Shown: one piece after another, positions 22,601 through 35,696 of the stretch
Layout of the letters: each line of letters opens with the position of its first letter
Position numbering within the stretch: the first letter of the stretch is position 1
Source: Chlorokybus atmophyticus
Lineage: Eukaryota > Plantae > Mesostigma and Chlorokybus algae
Length of the DNA: 64,000 nt
Direction: 5' to 3'
Assembly (NCBI GenBank): GCA_009103225.1
Contig: RHPI01003169.1
Location: forward strand, 62,001 to 126,000
Translations under genes and position numbers: made by a program
The notes under the pieces: model-generated
Database searches by the model: none
What the model saw: only the letters and a program-made list of their open reading frames with translations
What the model was told of the DNA's origin: nothing

Positions 22601-23142
22601 TCAGGGATGCTATGTCTTAACTGATGCAGCAAACACACCACTGCCAAGCTCATAGCAATAACAAGCACAGCGCACAAGAGCATACACTGTGTCTCACGCA
22701 GCAAGGCAGTTATAAGCAACCGGGACGGTGTGCTTCTGGTTCAAGTCGCTTCACAAGCTCTTAAAGTCAAATTTTTTTCTTTTCTTACTCACTCAAAGTG
22801 TCACCAGCGAGTCTAGTGACATGACCTCCTACTTATGCATGTCAGATCATGACCGTGCAGTGCCACGCTGGCACTAGGCCAATGGTCACATCGAGGCCGT
22901 ATGATACTACAGAGATCCCCTAAGACTCGATATAGCACATGAGCTGATAAAAGATTCCTAACTGATCAGCTACGCGCGGTTCCTACAGAGAGGTCTATAG
23001 AGCAGCCCTAGCTACATGCTACATAAAGTACGAAGTAGCAGTAGGCTGGGGCGCGCGCGGTCTTCATGCTGGTAGCCCGGGCTTGGGGCTGGATGCAGGC
23101 ATGCTCGAGGAGGACTGGCATGCGAGGGCATCTGCCATGACA
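13659..23142 (-). mobile_element. Older, decayed copy of the same DNMT-Ty3 family (B repeat ~22501-23142, gag, unknown domain, PR, DNMT, RT, partial RH)
   Basis: Collinear with 4620-13073. DNMT motifs IAGWECRGHS and IVENV retained. Many stops and frameshifts. N gap at 15229-15288. Confidence 0.9.
17962..19070. mobile_element. AT-rich ~1.1-kb insertion into the older Ty3 copy, unclassified
   Basis: Interrupts sequence that is contiguous at ~9290-9310 in the younger copy. Ends in a hairpin, ccgtatgcttg-gaaa-caagcacgtacgg. No clear TSD or TIR. Confidence 0.5.
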
Positions 23143-23229
23143 GATGCAAGCCATTGGTTAACGCGAGCCTATCAAGCAATGCTGCCGGTATGGCACGCAT
23201 GGTGGGCGGAGATAGTGGGATTGGCAGCG

Positions 23230-24600
23230 GTGCACTGCAACTGAACTATGACAGATATGATGGCGTTTGCGAGACTCTAAAGCTTCAAGAACACCACACG
23301 CATGGCGGCACAAAAGCGGCAGCATCTGCTATTGCAAACTTTTGACTTTACATCACTATACACGGCCATCAATCATTACAACTTGCTGCAGCGTTTTCAC
23401 TGGCTGGTGAATGCCACTCTCGATGTGCAATGGCATCAACACCGAGCCACACAGCGACATCTGTGTGATGCATCAGTACTGCAGATGGACGGCCGCAAGC
23501 ACTTACAGAACAAACGACGCGGGCGTATGGCGTGTTAAAGATATTCCTACATCCAGGCGGACGGTCAGCTTGCCCTCTGAATAGGAATGGCCGCGAGAAG
23601 GCTCTAGGCGAGGACTCAAGTCAAAGGTTCCAGGCGCGGGCTCGAGTCCGGAGTCTGGCAACTTCCAGGCCTGCACGAGAATCGTTACATAACTCGGTGG
23701 GTACTGCACCGATTTGGGCGTTTCAGAGCTCAGTAGATAGCCCTTGGAAGTAGCTACATGATGCTTTTTGAACGCAGCAATCAAATAAGTGTAGCAAACG
23801 TGGTGGCTTTTTGAGTAGTCAGGTGTATTCCTGGCGGGTATAAAACCCGCGGACATGATGGCAATAGATGGTCTTAGTCTTGCTGTTGCAGCCTCTTGGC
23901 GTTGGTGTTGGGTGGCGTGCACACATGTGCATATGTAGTTTTGTCAACACATCTCAATATGGCGAACCTTCACACAGCAGGAGCTGCACGGCATGTTGGA
24001 GTTCTTGTTGCGCAATCTATGCATACGTACTGCTGCAGACGAAGTGTACCGGCAGCGCATCGGTGCACCAATGGGAAACAACGCCGGAGCCCACTTGGCC
24101 CACTTGGAATGGATACCAGTTGCGCCAACAAGGAGAGACGCAGCTGCTGCAACAGTACGCGCAAGGGGTGCTGCGATATATTGATGATTTGTGCGTGGTG
24201 GGAATGCCACGGATTCAAGGACTGCAGTACAAAGCGCCTGGAGTGCTAGGGGGCGGACTGTACCCGCAGCATATCCTCACAATCACGCGAACAGCAGCGG
24301 CAACCACACTGCCATTCCTCGACATGGCCATCTTTCAAACTGCAGACGGCCTGTGTACGAAGCTGTACTCCAAAAGGGATTTGCTAATGTACGCGGACAT
24401 CCCTCGGCATCGTGCACCCCTACCCGCTTCAAACGTGTCCAGTAGCATCAAACTAGGCGTCATACAATCACAATACGTGCGCTTCACGAAGCTGTGCACG
24501 TACAGGTCGCACTTCATATACGCCATGGTGGAGCTGTTGGTGGCGATGTGGACAGATGGTCACCCCTTGAGACGCCTACTAGCGACACTGAGATAAAGAA
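23230..24600 (+). pseudogene. Penelope-like element reverse transcriptase remnant
   Basis: QTFDFTSLYTAI, VYRQRIGAPMGNN..AHLAHL, LRYIDD, LPFLD, TKLYSK, IKLGVIQSQYVRF, in shifting frames. Confidence 0.75.
23582..23660 (+). ncRNA. tRNA-Leu(CAA)-derived sequence (SINE head or tRNA pseudogene) within a ~320-bp insert in the PLE
   Basis: atggccg..ggctctaggcg..actCAAgt..ggcgcgggctcgagtcc..tctggca resembles the eukaryotic tRNA-Leu(CAA) pattern. Confidence 0.5.
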
Positions 24601-26098
24601 TGATGCGTGCGCAAGCGTATGTGTACTGCACACCGCCCGCTCTCCTCTACAAGCTAGTGTATGCAGCGCTGAAGCGTCACCCCAGAGCGCGACAACAAGA
24701 GCACGGGGAGCAGGCTGATTGGTGAACACAGCTTGCCAGTGCGAAGGACCCAGCCCCACCAGCCCCACCACCCAACCCAACCCGACCCTAACCAGAACAT
24801 GCACTGCACAAGAGCACATGAGCGGTACAAGCCAAGTGCCAGCAGCACTGCGCGCACAGCACTGCAGACGTGGACTGCAAGGGTGCATGCAGCATCGCAC
24901 TGCAATCAGTGACGCAGCAAGCAACAGAAGCGCAGGGAGGCGAAGGGGGAGGAGAGGGCGAGGGAGTCGTCATCGCTGCTGCTCATGTGCATGTTGTTAA
25001 CACTTACAACGATCAACCAAGCCCGTGTGGCCAGGTACTACATGCATATGGTATAGCAGTCGGATGCATGTACTGCTATGGCTAACGGGGCGTTGGCAGA
25101 GTAGGTAGTGAAGTTAGCTAGTGACAGTAGCCCGGTGGTTTACATGAACGGTGTTGGAGGATGCGGACATGATGCTGGGTCCATTGCATGTGTCGCGCAT
25201 GTGCATACGTGTTGCGCATTTTCTGTACACAGTCAATATACGTGCATCACACCATGCCAGTATGAACAGCAAGTAAGGTGTATCGCTCTGCAAGTGCCTG
25301 AAGCTACTGTACTTGCATATGCACAGTCTTGCCTATGCATGTAAGTCACTTACATCTTGCCACGACTTTGCCTACGAATGTATGATTAAGTGAGTGGGCA
25401 CTAGTGGTGGCGGTACGTATGGTAAACAGACATGCGTGCATGCAGGTTGTTGTCCGTTTGGTTTGCCACTGCTCCTACTTCACCAACTTTGACCGCACAC
25501 ATTGCACGCGCGCATGCACATAGCTAGGTGAGGGTAGAGAGTAGGCTAAGCTGCGGCTATATGCCCTAGTGTAATAAGTCTTCCTGTGTGTACAACAATC
25601 TCTAGTCTACTATGTGTGTGTTTTGCTTGCCGCTAGGTGGATTGGGAGCATTGATTACTGCACCTCATATGTAATCTGGCCCAATGGTCGTGCATTGGCA
25701 TAAGGTGCGTATTCGCATTGTAGTGGAATAGGTGGCATGGAAAGCATGATAACCATGTGCAAAGCACCTTGCACGCACCATCCTCGCATGACATAACCTG
25801 TAAACTGGCTTGACAATGGAGGCTTCATCATGGCATGCAAACAGCACACTCACTTCGCACAAGCAACCTCAAGCAAACTTGTTCCTGCACAACTGGCTCC
25901 ATCACAGCCAAGGAAGCTCCAGCCTCCAAGTTATTTTGATATCTGCCATTATTTTGCACTGCAGCTCAGCCGACCAGCAACAGTCTTGATTGAAGGAATG
26001 AAACCTGCATTCTGGCATGGCAAACGAATGGTGGCTGCTGCGCAACCATGCATCAGCTCTCACAAATTGTGCAGGCAGCTGTATGGCAATCCACCTGC

Positions 26099-27424
26099 CT
26101 ACTTCTTGGACTTTGCATGCTGTCGCCGGGCCTTGCCCGGCCTCGGCTTCGGCGGTCGTGCGGATTTCTGGCCTTTGGGACCACCAGCAAACTTGAGTTT
26201 GCTGGCCCTGTTGGGTCCCTTGAAGCCGCTCATGTCAGCAGCCGAATCTGCATCATTCTGCTTTCGCAACCTCGTGGGCCCACCGAAACCGTACTTCGTG
26301 TTCTTTTTCTTTGCCTTCTTTGATGGACCCTTCCCGTCTTTCATACGCTCACCAAGTGCGGGTGATGAAGACTGCAATGCATATTCTTCAATCCATCAAG
26401 CAATACTAAACGAGCAAAACGAAACTGCATGCTCAAGCACGTAAGCAGGTGACTACCTGTTTTCGTTTCTGTCCGCGTCCGGCTTCATTGGCCTCGAGGC
26501 CCACCGGAAACGCGCCGTCATCCGCATAACCTGAGTTCTCCCTCTGCTTGCGCCATTGTTTGATGGATTGAATGTCTTGCTTCTTTGCCTGCGCCCGCTC
26601 TTTGGTCTTCTCAACCTGCACCTCCTTTGCATACCGCTTCAACTCCCTTTGCCTTCGCCTTTCTTCAGCCCCCTCCACCTGCGCAGTTGAAGAGGCAACA
26701 TTAGTAACAACTTAAACCAGCTTCAATGCTGTGACTTTGCCCATCCAACGTGCAATTTGAACAGCAACATGTATGCCTATGACATGTATCTTCCAATGCT
26801 GTAACAACTAAAGTCGGCTTATAGTGACAACAACAAAGGATGAAGCTCGGGTAAAGCTGAAGCTATACACCAATAGTACTGACCTGACGTTGCTCATATA
26901 ACAACTTGTCCTTCACACGCTGCATGTGATCATCCGTCTTGACCATCTCAGCATAATAGTCGTCCGGCCGCTGCCAAGGCATGCCCGCCTTCACAAGGTT
27001 CACCACTGCCATTTTCGCGCTATCCAAAGCCTGATAGACAGAACGGCAAACCACAAAGTGATTTGGGTATCAAATATACGAAGTAACAACACAGCTGCGC
27101 AACAAAATGCAACTCAACCAATGTGTCTGTGACTAATACCTGAGTGTAGAACGCTAGCTCGCGTGCTTGGTCGTCGTTAACGTCCACTTTTGCGTCGGAT
27201 GGCGGCGATACAACCGTGAGGGTATCCAGCCATGAGGTTGCGTTCTGCGTCCACTGAAAGTCATCCAGCTTCTGCAGAAGACCCTCTTTGTTGTAGATAG
27301 GCGGCCTTCTTACTGCGCCTTGGGTGTTGCCGGGCAAAATGCCGGCCGCCTCAAGCTCACTGTCATAACCGCTGTCGTCCGACTCGTCGCCCTCGGACGA
27401 TCCGTATGGGTCAAGCTCTGCCAT
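26099..27424 (-). CDS. EBP2: rRNA-processing protein Ebp2, 4 exons
   Basis: DDQARELAFYTQ|ALDSA; RPDDYYAEMVKTDDHM; ELKRYAKEVQ; KYGFGG..KQND; KPRPGKARR. GT-AG introns. Confidence 0.92.
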
Positions 27425-27505
27425 GCCGTCTGGAAAGCAGCAGTGTAATGTAACACCAATCTGCTTATCTGACTTCGCAACACGACTATGCAACACAAGC
27501 CAAAC

Positions 27506-27568
27506 GAGCCCAAGTTGGGCTGGGCCCAACACAGCCAATGCTGCAGTTTCTGCGCAAAAGCTAGGGTT
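27506..27568 (-). promoter_or_regulatory. Site II (TGGGCY) motifs plus telo-box upstream of EBP2
   Basis: gagcccaa, ttgggctgggcccaa and tagggtt. This combination is established for plant ribosome-biogenesis promoters. Confidence 0.4.
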
Positions 27569-28369
27569 AAGGCGGTTGCATGCGGAGCGCTATGTCTAGC
27601 ACAGTCGGTGCTCAGCAGAGCTGAAAGGCAGAGCTGGAGTCAAGTCCTTGTTCGTCTTCTGCTTCGACTACACCTGCTCCTCCTCGTTCGACCTCTAGCT
27701 CTCTTGCTTCAAGCTCTCCGTCGCCTTCTTGATCTGAGCTACTGCTGCAATCAGCAGATTCCCCAGCCAGCAAGTCGTCCCAGCTCCACTCAAAATCCTC
27801 CTCGTGGCCCCAGGCGCTCCGCAGCAGCTGAACGTACAGGATGAGAACCAAGACCTCTCCTTCAGAGGGCTGATAATTGGACATCCCCCATGCGCGTGAC
27901 ACACATACCGCCGCCGCCGCCACCGCCGCCGCTACGGTGAAGCAATTAGCCCTAATCTTCGTGCCTGGTACCTTTGGTATTGGCATAATATGCCAATACC
28001 AAAGGTACCCCCTACATGAATACAAGGTGACCAGATTTTGGACTCCAAATTGCCACGCAACCTGTTATCTTGCACTCACATGAACGCAACTGGATGCTTA
28101 AGGTTTATGCTGGTAGGAAGTGTAAGGATAATGCTTGTAAGAAGGATGCAGTCGGTGCTTAGGTTTTCAGGGTAACCCGAAGCAAACCGCAGTGGCGGGA
28201 AGTGGTGTTGGTGGCGGCGGTGAAGGAGGCGGCGGCGGTGGGGGAGATGGCTGCCGTTGACGCTGTTGAGTCAGGAGGTTGCCAAGCAGTGTACTTCGGG
28301 CGGTAGAACAGGCTTTGGCCGCATTGTCAGTTGACGGAGAGCTCTGCGGCATCCCGCCCTACCGCAGCT

Positions 28370-31300
28370 ATGAAGCCTTTTGGGGGTTTTGGGCAGACAA
28401 CCCCAGCTTTTGGCCAAAGCAGCAGTCGTAAGCACATCAATGCAATCGTTCTTGCATTTGTCTTTGCACTCGCTGCGATGGTGTTAAGGCATGAAAAGCT
28501 TGTTATTGGTCTCAAATAGTTCGTCAGCTTGAGCGGCGTTGCGATCTCCGACCCAGGGTGTTGGTTGCAATGTCGCTGGTATTCTGGCAGGTGCATACAC
28601 AGCTTACTATCCACACCGTTGCTTCCCCTGCGTTGTTTTGTATACCATTCTATACTCTTCTGCAACTTTCAAGCAGGCATGTTGTCGTGTGGATGCCGTA
28701 AGTGTTGTTAGACTCTCTATTCCTGCAGATCTCCTGTGCATGCACTTAATAAGCGCAAGAACTTTCCACTTGCGCTTGGCATGCGGCTCGTTCTCCTGAG
28801 CTCAATTCCAACTGTTCTTGGCATTGCAATCGTCTCTGGTTGGACTGTGCACGTATCTGGCTGAAGCTTGGGGTAGTCACTTATTGCGCACTATTACAAC
28901 ACCTTGCACCTGCCGTAAATCTGTTCTTGCAGTCAACGCGTTGCTCGTATCAAATTTGACGGGTGCAACTTGGACAGCGTGACACCGCTGGTTTCCCACA
29001 TTCCCACAAGCCAGTGCGTCTTCTGCTTGACACATGCAGAGTGTTCATATTAGCTAAAATGCCAACATGTGGCCGGATCAGTGTGGGTAAGTGTTGCGGA
29101 CATATAGCAATCCTCTAAACTGTGGCTGTGGACAGCGTTTGGGGCAGCTGCAAGCGCGCCAGCTTTTGGAGCAAAGCCAGCTTTTGGTGCGACTCCTTTC
29201 GGTGCACAGAGTTCACCATTCGGGGCGAGCACGCCATCTCCATGGGGTGCCCAGACAACACCTGCTTTTGGAGCAACTGCAACTCCATCGTTTGGCATGA
29301 GCACACCAGCCTTTGGTGCGGCTAGCACACCAGCCTTTGGTGCTCAGCCTTTTGGCCAATCCGGTGAGCACATCAACAGGACATTACTTATGATTGTGAC
29401 TACTCTGATGCTGTTGTGTCCAGCACGTTTACAGAAGTGCGGCTTGTTTGATGCATGATCTCTGCCGGCTGCATAGCTTCAGCTTATAGGATGGTGTGGA
29501 CTGACTGTTTGCTTAACTCGTCGTGCGTGCAGCACCCACGCTCAGCTTTGGCCAGAGTGCTCCTGCCTTTGGAGCTGCGCCAGCTTTTGGAGCCACACCT
29601 GCCTTTGGTGCCACCACACCAGCCTTTGGGGCGTCAGCACCTGCCTTTGGTGCTTCAGCACCCGCTTTCGGGGCATCTACACCTGCTTTTGGCAACAGCA
29701 CACTCTTTGGGGCGCAGTCATCTCCTAGTTTTGGTGAGTTTCAGCCATGCACGACATGGAAGACTGACTAGGACCGCCATTCCCAGGTAGGATAGTTGGC
29801 AACTTGCAGGCCCTAACTCCCGTGTCTATGTTAACAGGCGCGGCCACAACGCCAGCTTTTGGCACCACTGGCTTTGGTGCAATGGGCATGGGGCAGCAGC
29901 AGACTGGCACTCGGATTGCTCCTTACCAGCCAACGCAGGTGATCTGCTGATACTGTTGTATATACAATATTTGGGTAGTGCCAGGTTATGCAGGGTGATT
30001 TGTTTGCGTCACAGCCATAATCTTGACCACTTTGTGTGCAGGAGCAAGACAGCTCAGGCGGAGTTGCTGGGCAAATGAGCAAGTACATGTCAATGTCAGC
30101 TATGCCCCAGTACCGCAATAAATCCGTTGAAGAGCTCCGTTGGGAGGATTACCAAGCTGGCAACAAAGGCGGTAGGAATCAGTTTATCTGCATGCAAGCT
30201 TCGCTTCTAATGTTGCATGTGTCTGGTTGTCAGTAGTGGAAACAGAGCATGTTTGTGGTCACTGTTGGCAGTCAACTGGCGTCTTGTCCTTCAAGCATTG
30301 TAACTTGCTTGCTAACAAGTTGTCTCATGTGGCAGGACCTGCTTCTGCTCCAACACCTGCTCCTACCAGCGGCATGTTTGGGCAGGCACCTGCGGCGTCA
30401 GCGCCTTTCGGGGCGCCGGCAGCAGCACCGGCATTTGGTGCCAATTCAGCACCGGCTTTTGGCTTCGGTGCTGCCGCAGCTACATCTAGTCCATTCGGGC
30501 AAACCAGCACTCCTTTTGGAAGCACAACCCCAGCTTTTGGCACACCGGCCTCCACACCAGCATTTGGCTTTGGTGCGGCATCGACGCCAGCTTTTGGGAG
30601 CGCTTCATTTGCGCCACAAAGCACTCCAGCCTTTGGAGCAGCAACAACTACTCCAAGCTTTGGTTTTGGCGCCACAAGCACACCTGCATTTGGACAGGCC
30701 TCAACACCGTCGCTGTTCAGCACACCCGCATCCACACCTGCATTTGGCGGGAGTCCATTTCAGACACCGCAAACGACACCGTCTCTCTTTGGACAAGCGA
30801 GCGCACCAGCTTTTGGAGCACCGAGTACCCCAGCATTTGGAGCAAGCACAGGCTTTGGTGGCTTTGGGACTGCTGCGTCAACACCCAGCTTTGGCAGCCT
30901 GTTTTCAAGCTCAGCAGCAGCTACAACCGCAGGGTTTGGAAGCGCGTTCGGTGGCTTTCCCAAACCAGCTCAATCTGCAGCCAGCCCCTTTAGCTTTGGC
31001 ATGACATCTGCGGCTGCACCTAGCACATTCAGCTTCCCATCCATGTCAACTGTGTCATTCCCATCTTCCACGTTGGCGGGTGGGGTGTTCGGAGCCCAAC
31101 CCAGCGGCTTTTCTGGATTTGGGTCGCTGCAGCTACAGCAACCACAGCCGCAGCAGCTTCCGGCGCAGCAGCTGCCTATGGCCCAGAGCAATCCCTTTGG
31201 CACCATGCCACCCATGCCACTGCTGGGGCCCGCTGTTGTTAGTGGCATTGCACAGGCAACACCCGGACGGCAAGCGGCCCCTGTTGCACACATAGCACCT

Positions 31301-34300
31301 CGCACAATTACGCCCAGGTCTTCCGCGAGGGTACGCCCAAGACGAGCAACAACTGCATTAAACACCAGCAAGGTATGAAGTTTCGCTGTTGCAGAGGTGC
31401 ATATTCAGTGTGATAAATTGCTGACGTGTGCCTGCAGTTTCCTCTCTTTGAAAGCGGCCCTGAAACACCTGCTGCAAAGCTGGATACCTTCACACCCCGT
31501 GAAAATCCACGGCGGCTTTTCATTCGCGACACGCCGCCCAGGGGCGACAACCTGCCAACACCTGCAAGAGGAGGTCGTATAGACGAGTCTCCATCCAACG
31601 GCCTGCAACATAGTAATAACGGCACACCACAACAGGCTGGAGAAACCACCCCTGCAGAAGGTGACACACACATAACAGATGGTGTAATTGGTTGTCAGTA
31701 TACGCATGTTGGCGTGATGTCATCTGGTCCGTCATTAATGAACTTGTCCCTTATTCAAGTTGAAGCTACTTTCATTTGCTCCGCAGCAAATGGCGAGGCT
31801 ACCCCTGGTCCCTCACAGAGGACTCCAACACTAACAGGACGATTGACACCAGAGCAAAAACGGCTGGTAGAGAGAGATTTTTCCATTGCTTCACCGCAGC
31901 CAACTTTGGGGAAGATAACTGTAGAGGACTCGCGTGTCGTGGGCCGCGCTCCATCGCAGCATGCAGAAAATGGCAATGGGGCGCCTGCCAGTTTGCCAAC
32001 ACTTCCTGATGATTCCTCATACTACATGGAGCCCAGCATAGAAGACCTGGCTGAAGCAGCTCGCACAGACCCCAGCGCGCTGAGGAGAGTGCACAACTTT
32101 ACAGTTGGACGTCGTGAATATGGTGCCGTGACATTCCTTGGCGTGACCGACGTGCGTAATCTGGATCTGCGCAGGCTGATTCAGTTTGGACAGAATGAGG
32201 TTCATGTCTATCTTGATCAGGACGAAAAGCCTGCTGTTGGTCAAGGTCTCAACAAACCTGCGGAGGTGACATTATTGCATATCTACAAGCTGGATAAAAA
32301 AACGCGAAGGCCTGTCTCTGACCAGGCACAGATAGAAAAGTTCCAGAGGAAGTTGGAAAAATGCACTATTGAGCAGACCGGTGGTGAAGGTGAATTTTTA
32401 GAGTACAATCCTCAAGGCGGTGTATGGCGTTTCAAGGTTCCGCATTTCAGCCGCTACGGTTTGGATGTTTCAGACGACTCGGATGAATCTGATGCGGAGA
32501 CATCAAGCAGCCAAAGCGAGGAGCAGGCATCAGACATGACCGATACCCCTGCGCCAGCTGTTGCTGCCAGAACTGGTGCCCGTTTAGAAAGCCGAGCGAC
32601 GAGTGCCATGACAGACATGGACTCGGAGGACTTGCAAGCTGACTCCTATCAGAGTAACAGTTCAAGTGACTCCGAAGCACCTGCAGGTGCTCCAGCGCAA
32701 GATCTCACTCACTCACTGCCCATGCAGCTTGGCGTTGACGCAGTTAGCATGCAGCGGATGCGGGAGTCGCTGTTTGCATTGGATGATGACGATACGCCAG
32801 TACCTCCAATACCATATGTTGCGCCTGTTCGACCGCTTTCTGCCAGCACTCCTGGTCGCATTGCAACCAAAGCCGCAGCAGCCAGGTAGCTTGGTGTTGT
32901 ATGAATATCAGACGCAGGGTAGTCATCAGGCAAGTTGCAGAATTATCAGACATGGACACCATATTGCAAAGTGTGGGGGAGGAGCTGCTGGTGTCACTGG
33001 TAGCGCTGTGTGTGCGGCAGGTGGTAGGTGTGTAGCTGTTGGGCTTATCAAACACGGATAGCTTGTGTCAGTAGTTCGTTGGTCGGTTTGCAGCAGTTGG
33101 CAGTTTTTGTGTCAGAAGGATGCGCTCAAGTAGTCAACCAGTAGTAGTTGAGAGCGCGTGGCATGTTGCAGCTGCACCTCACTGTATGCCTTGTTGCAGA
33201 ACGCCTGGACGTAGACAGGCTGTCTCAAAGCAGTTTAAAATCCAGCAGCGGCAACAAGCAACACCACTGCATCCTTTGCCAGTCCAGATCTACAAGAAGC
33301 CTCGCCAGCCAAGCCCCGGATTTTGCATGCACTATTCCAGACCTGCTGTCCCAGATGGCCCTGAAGGCATTGTTGTAGATGCTGCTTTGTTCATGGGTCA
33401 GTCATATCGTGTCGGCTGGGCTGCAAATGGCTCGTACGCTTTTGCTGGCGATGGATTGCTAGGCTCCTCCCGAGTAACCATCAGCAAGCTTGAGACTGAT
33501 CCTGAAGCACGCGGCATAGACACTATGGAAGTCTCCTCTCAAGCACCTGGTCAGATGCAACAGCGCTGCACGAAAGCATTGGAGATTGCTTTGAGGCACA
33601 GTCAATGCACATTTGTTCAAGATGGCGCACCAGAGTGGGCGCTTCAATGCGATCGTCAGCAACTGCAGTTGCTGTGTGAAGAGTACCAGCAAGCCTTACA
33701 TGAAGAAGGTAAAAGTGTCGCTGCTGTTTTGTGTTGCTTGCTCGATGCGAATCGGTTAACCAACTTTCTATGCTCAGTCCCCAGTCAAGACGCTCAGAGT
33801 ACCGTAATGCGGCAAGAAGAGCTGTCATGGCATCTTGTAAAGGTGCTCTATGCGAATTTACAGGGTGAGGGCCTCGGCATGAATATTGAGGAGGGCAGGG
33901 AGAGCCAAGTGGCAGTCAGCGATAAGCAAGTGGTTGTGTCTGCCATGAAGCGCAGAGCGGAACTCAGTCATTGGCTGCAGGTATCCAAAGTCAATCGTAC
34001 TAAGCGTGTCTGCATACGTGGCATCACAGCCGTTTCATACCGCCTGACAACCAGGCCAACAGCAACATTGCTGTTTGTGCAGCTTGCAGTGCAAAGCACA
34101 GTTGAAGAGGAAGCAACAGCACCCGAACTGAATCCTATGCAGCAAATCTTCAGTCTTCTGACCGGACGCCAGGTACATCCTCATCTCACACCGTACAGTA
34201 ACTAGAACTTGGCATGGTCCTCTGATTGACACCTTATTGCTGATCACTCTATCTGACACAACCTCCCGCTGATCTCAGCTTTACAAAGCAGTTGCTCTGG

Positions 34301-35696
34301 CATGCGACAGTGGAGACCCCAGGCTGGCAACTCTGCTGGCCCAAGGTGGATGCGCGTCTCAACATCGCCAGGATTTGTCGAATCAGCTGCAAATCTGGGA
34401 GCTGGAGCGGCTCAGTGAAGGTCACATAAGCCATGATCGACTTGATGTGTACCGCTTGTTAGCGGGCGACATCACTGGCGTGGATATGTCTAGGTTGGAC
34501 TGGAGGCGGTCTTTTGGCCTCCAGCTGTGGTACGGTTGCCACCCAGTGACACCCGTCCCAAGTGTGGTGCAGCAGTTTTCACAAACTGTCCAGAGTGGGC
34601 GTGTTGCGCCACCTCTTCCCCTGTATCTGGAAGGCGGCTCAGTTGCAGCAAGGCAGCCCTCAAGGCACTTGGACGTCTGCTACCTCCTTATGCAGCTGCA
34701 TGCTGGTTTGCCGGTGGAGTCGAGTGAACTTCTTCATCCTGCTGCATACACTGCAAACGTCCTGGACCACCATCTGGCCTGGCATCTGCACGCAGGTATG
34801 CCTTGTGGCTGTTGCAAACGTCTCCACTCACCTCTCATTGCTAAGTATAGTATCTGCTAGTGATAAAAATACAATGTGTGTTTGCAGTGCTACGAGCAAT
34901 TGAGGCCATACAAGGGGAGGACGACATGTTTCAGTTGCACATGAACTACGCTGCACAGCTTGCTGGGTTGGGACTTCCTCAGTGGGCGCTCTTCGTGGCA
35001 CTGCATTTGCCCAGCACTCCTGAGTATGCGAGCGTGCGAACTTCAGCAATTAAGGAGCTTCTTCAATTGCATTGCCTGCAGTGGAGTACAGGTGCGGATG
35101 ACGATGCGCAGAACAACCAGCCAACACAACGAGAGTGGGAAAGCTTCCTCACTGACACGCTGAACATACCGCTGCCCTGGTTGGAGGAAGCCAAGGCGCT
35201 GGTGGCGCAGTACTTTAGGCAGTCGGAGCAGCAGTTGAACCACCTGCTGGGAGGGCAACAGTGGTCGCAGGCGCATCAAGTGTTGATGGCGGGCGTGGCG
35301 TACAAGCTGTTCTTGAGGCAGAGACCTGACCAGCTTTGCACATATGCGCAAAAGCTGGCGGATCACAGCGCGGTTATTGCTAACTGGAGTGTTGGTGGTG
35401 GCCTGGTGCTGGACTACTTCACAGTCACTGAGCAACAAGGGAGCGACAGTGTGCCAGACACTGCCTCTGTGCTTTCACGTTTGCGTCAGGCTGTCGTCAC
35501 ATGGTCTGCTGGCGGCGTGTATGCTCGCGCCGTTTTTGCGCAGATGACAGACGCAGTACAACAGTTGCACGCACAACGTGCACCCAACGATTATTCCTCA
35601 CTCGCAACAGCAGAGCTTGTTGAGGATGATCGCGCATGTCGTGTCCAGGACGCTGCCTCGCGCTTCATGCAGTGTCTACCAGCTGCGATGGTGTGA
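28370..35696 (+). CDS. NUP98: Nup98-Nup96 precursor, multi-exon
   Basis: PAFG/FG repeats. GLEBS motif [20 protein letters not shown]. Autoprotease domain ending in WRFKVPHF|SRYGL (32443-32451). Nup96 region ([13 protein letters not shown]). Confidence 0.95.

Noticed and set aside
25830-26444. 204-aa plus-strand ORF
   Set aside because: Antisense shadow of the last EBP2 exon.
27612-27890. Acidic ORF upstream of EBP2
   Set aside because: Could be a small gene or uORF, but no homology recognised and no splice path into EBP2.
28370-31378. PAFG rather than GLFG repeats in Nup98
   Set aside because: Expected for plant-lineage Nup98.
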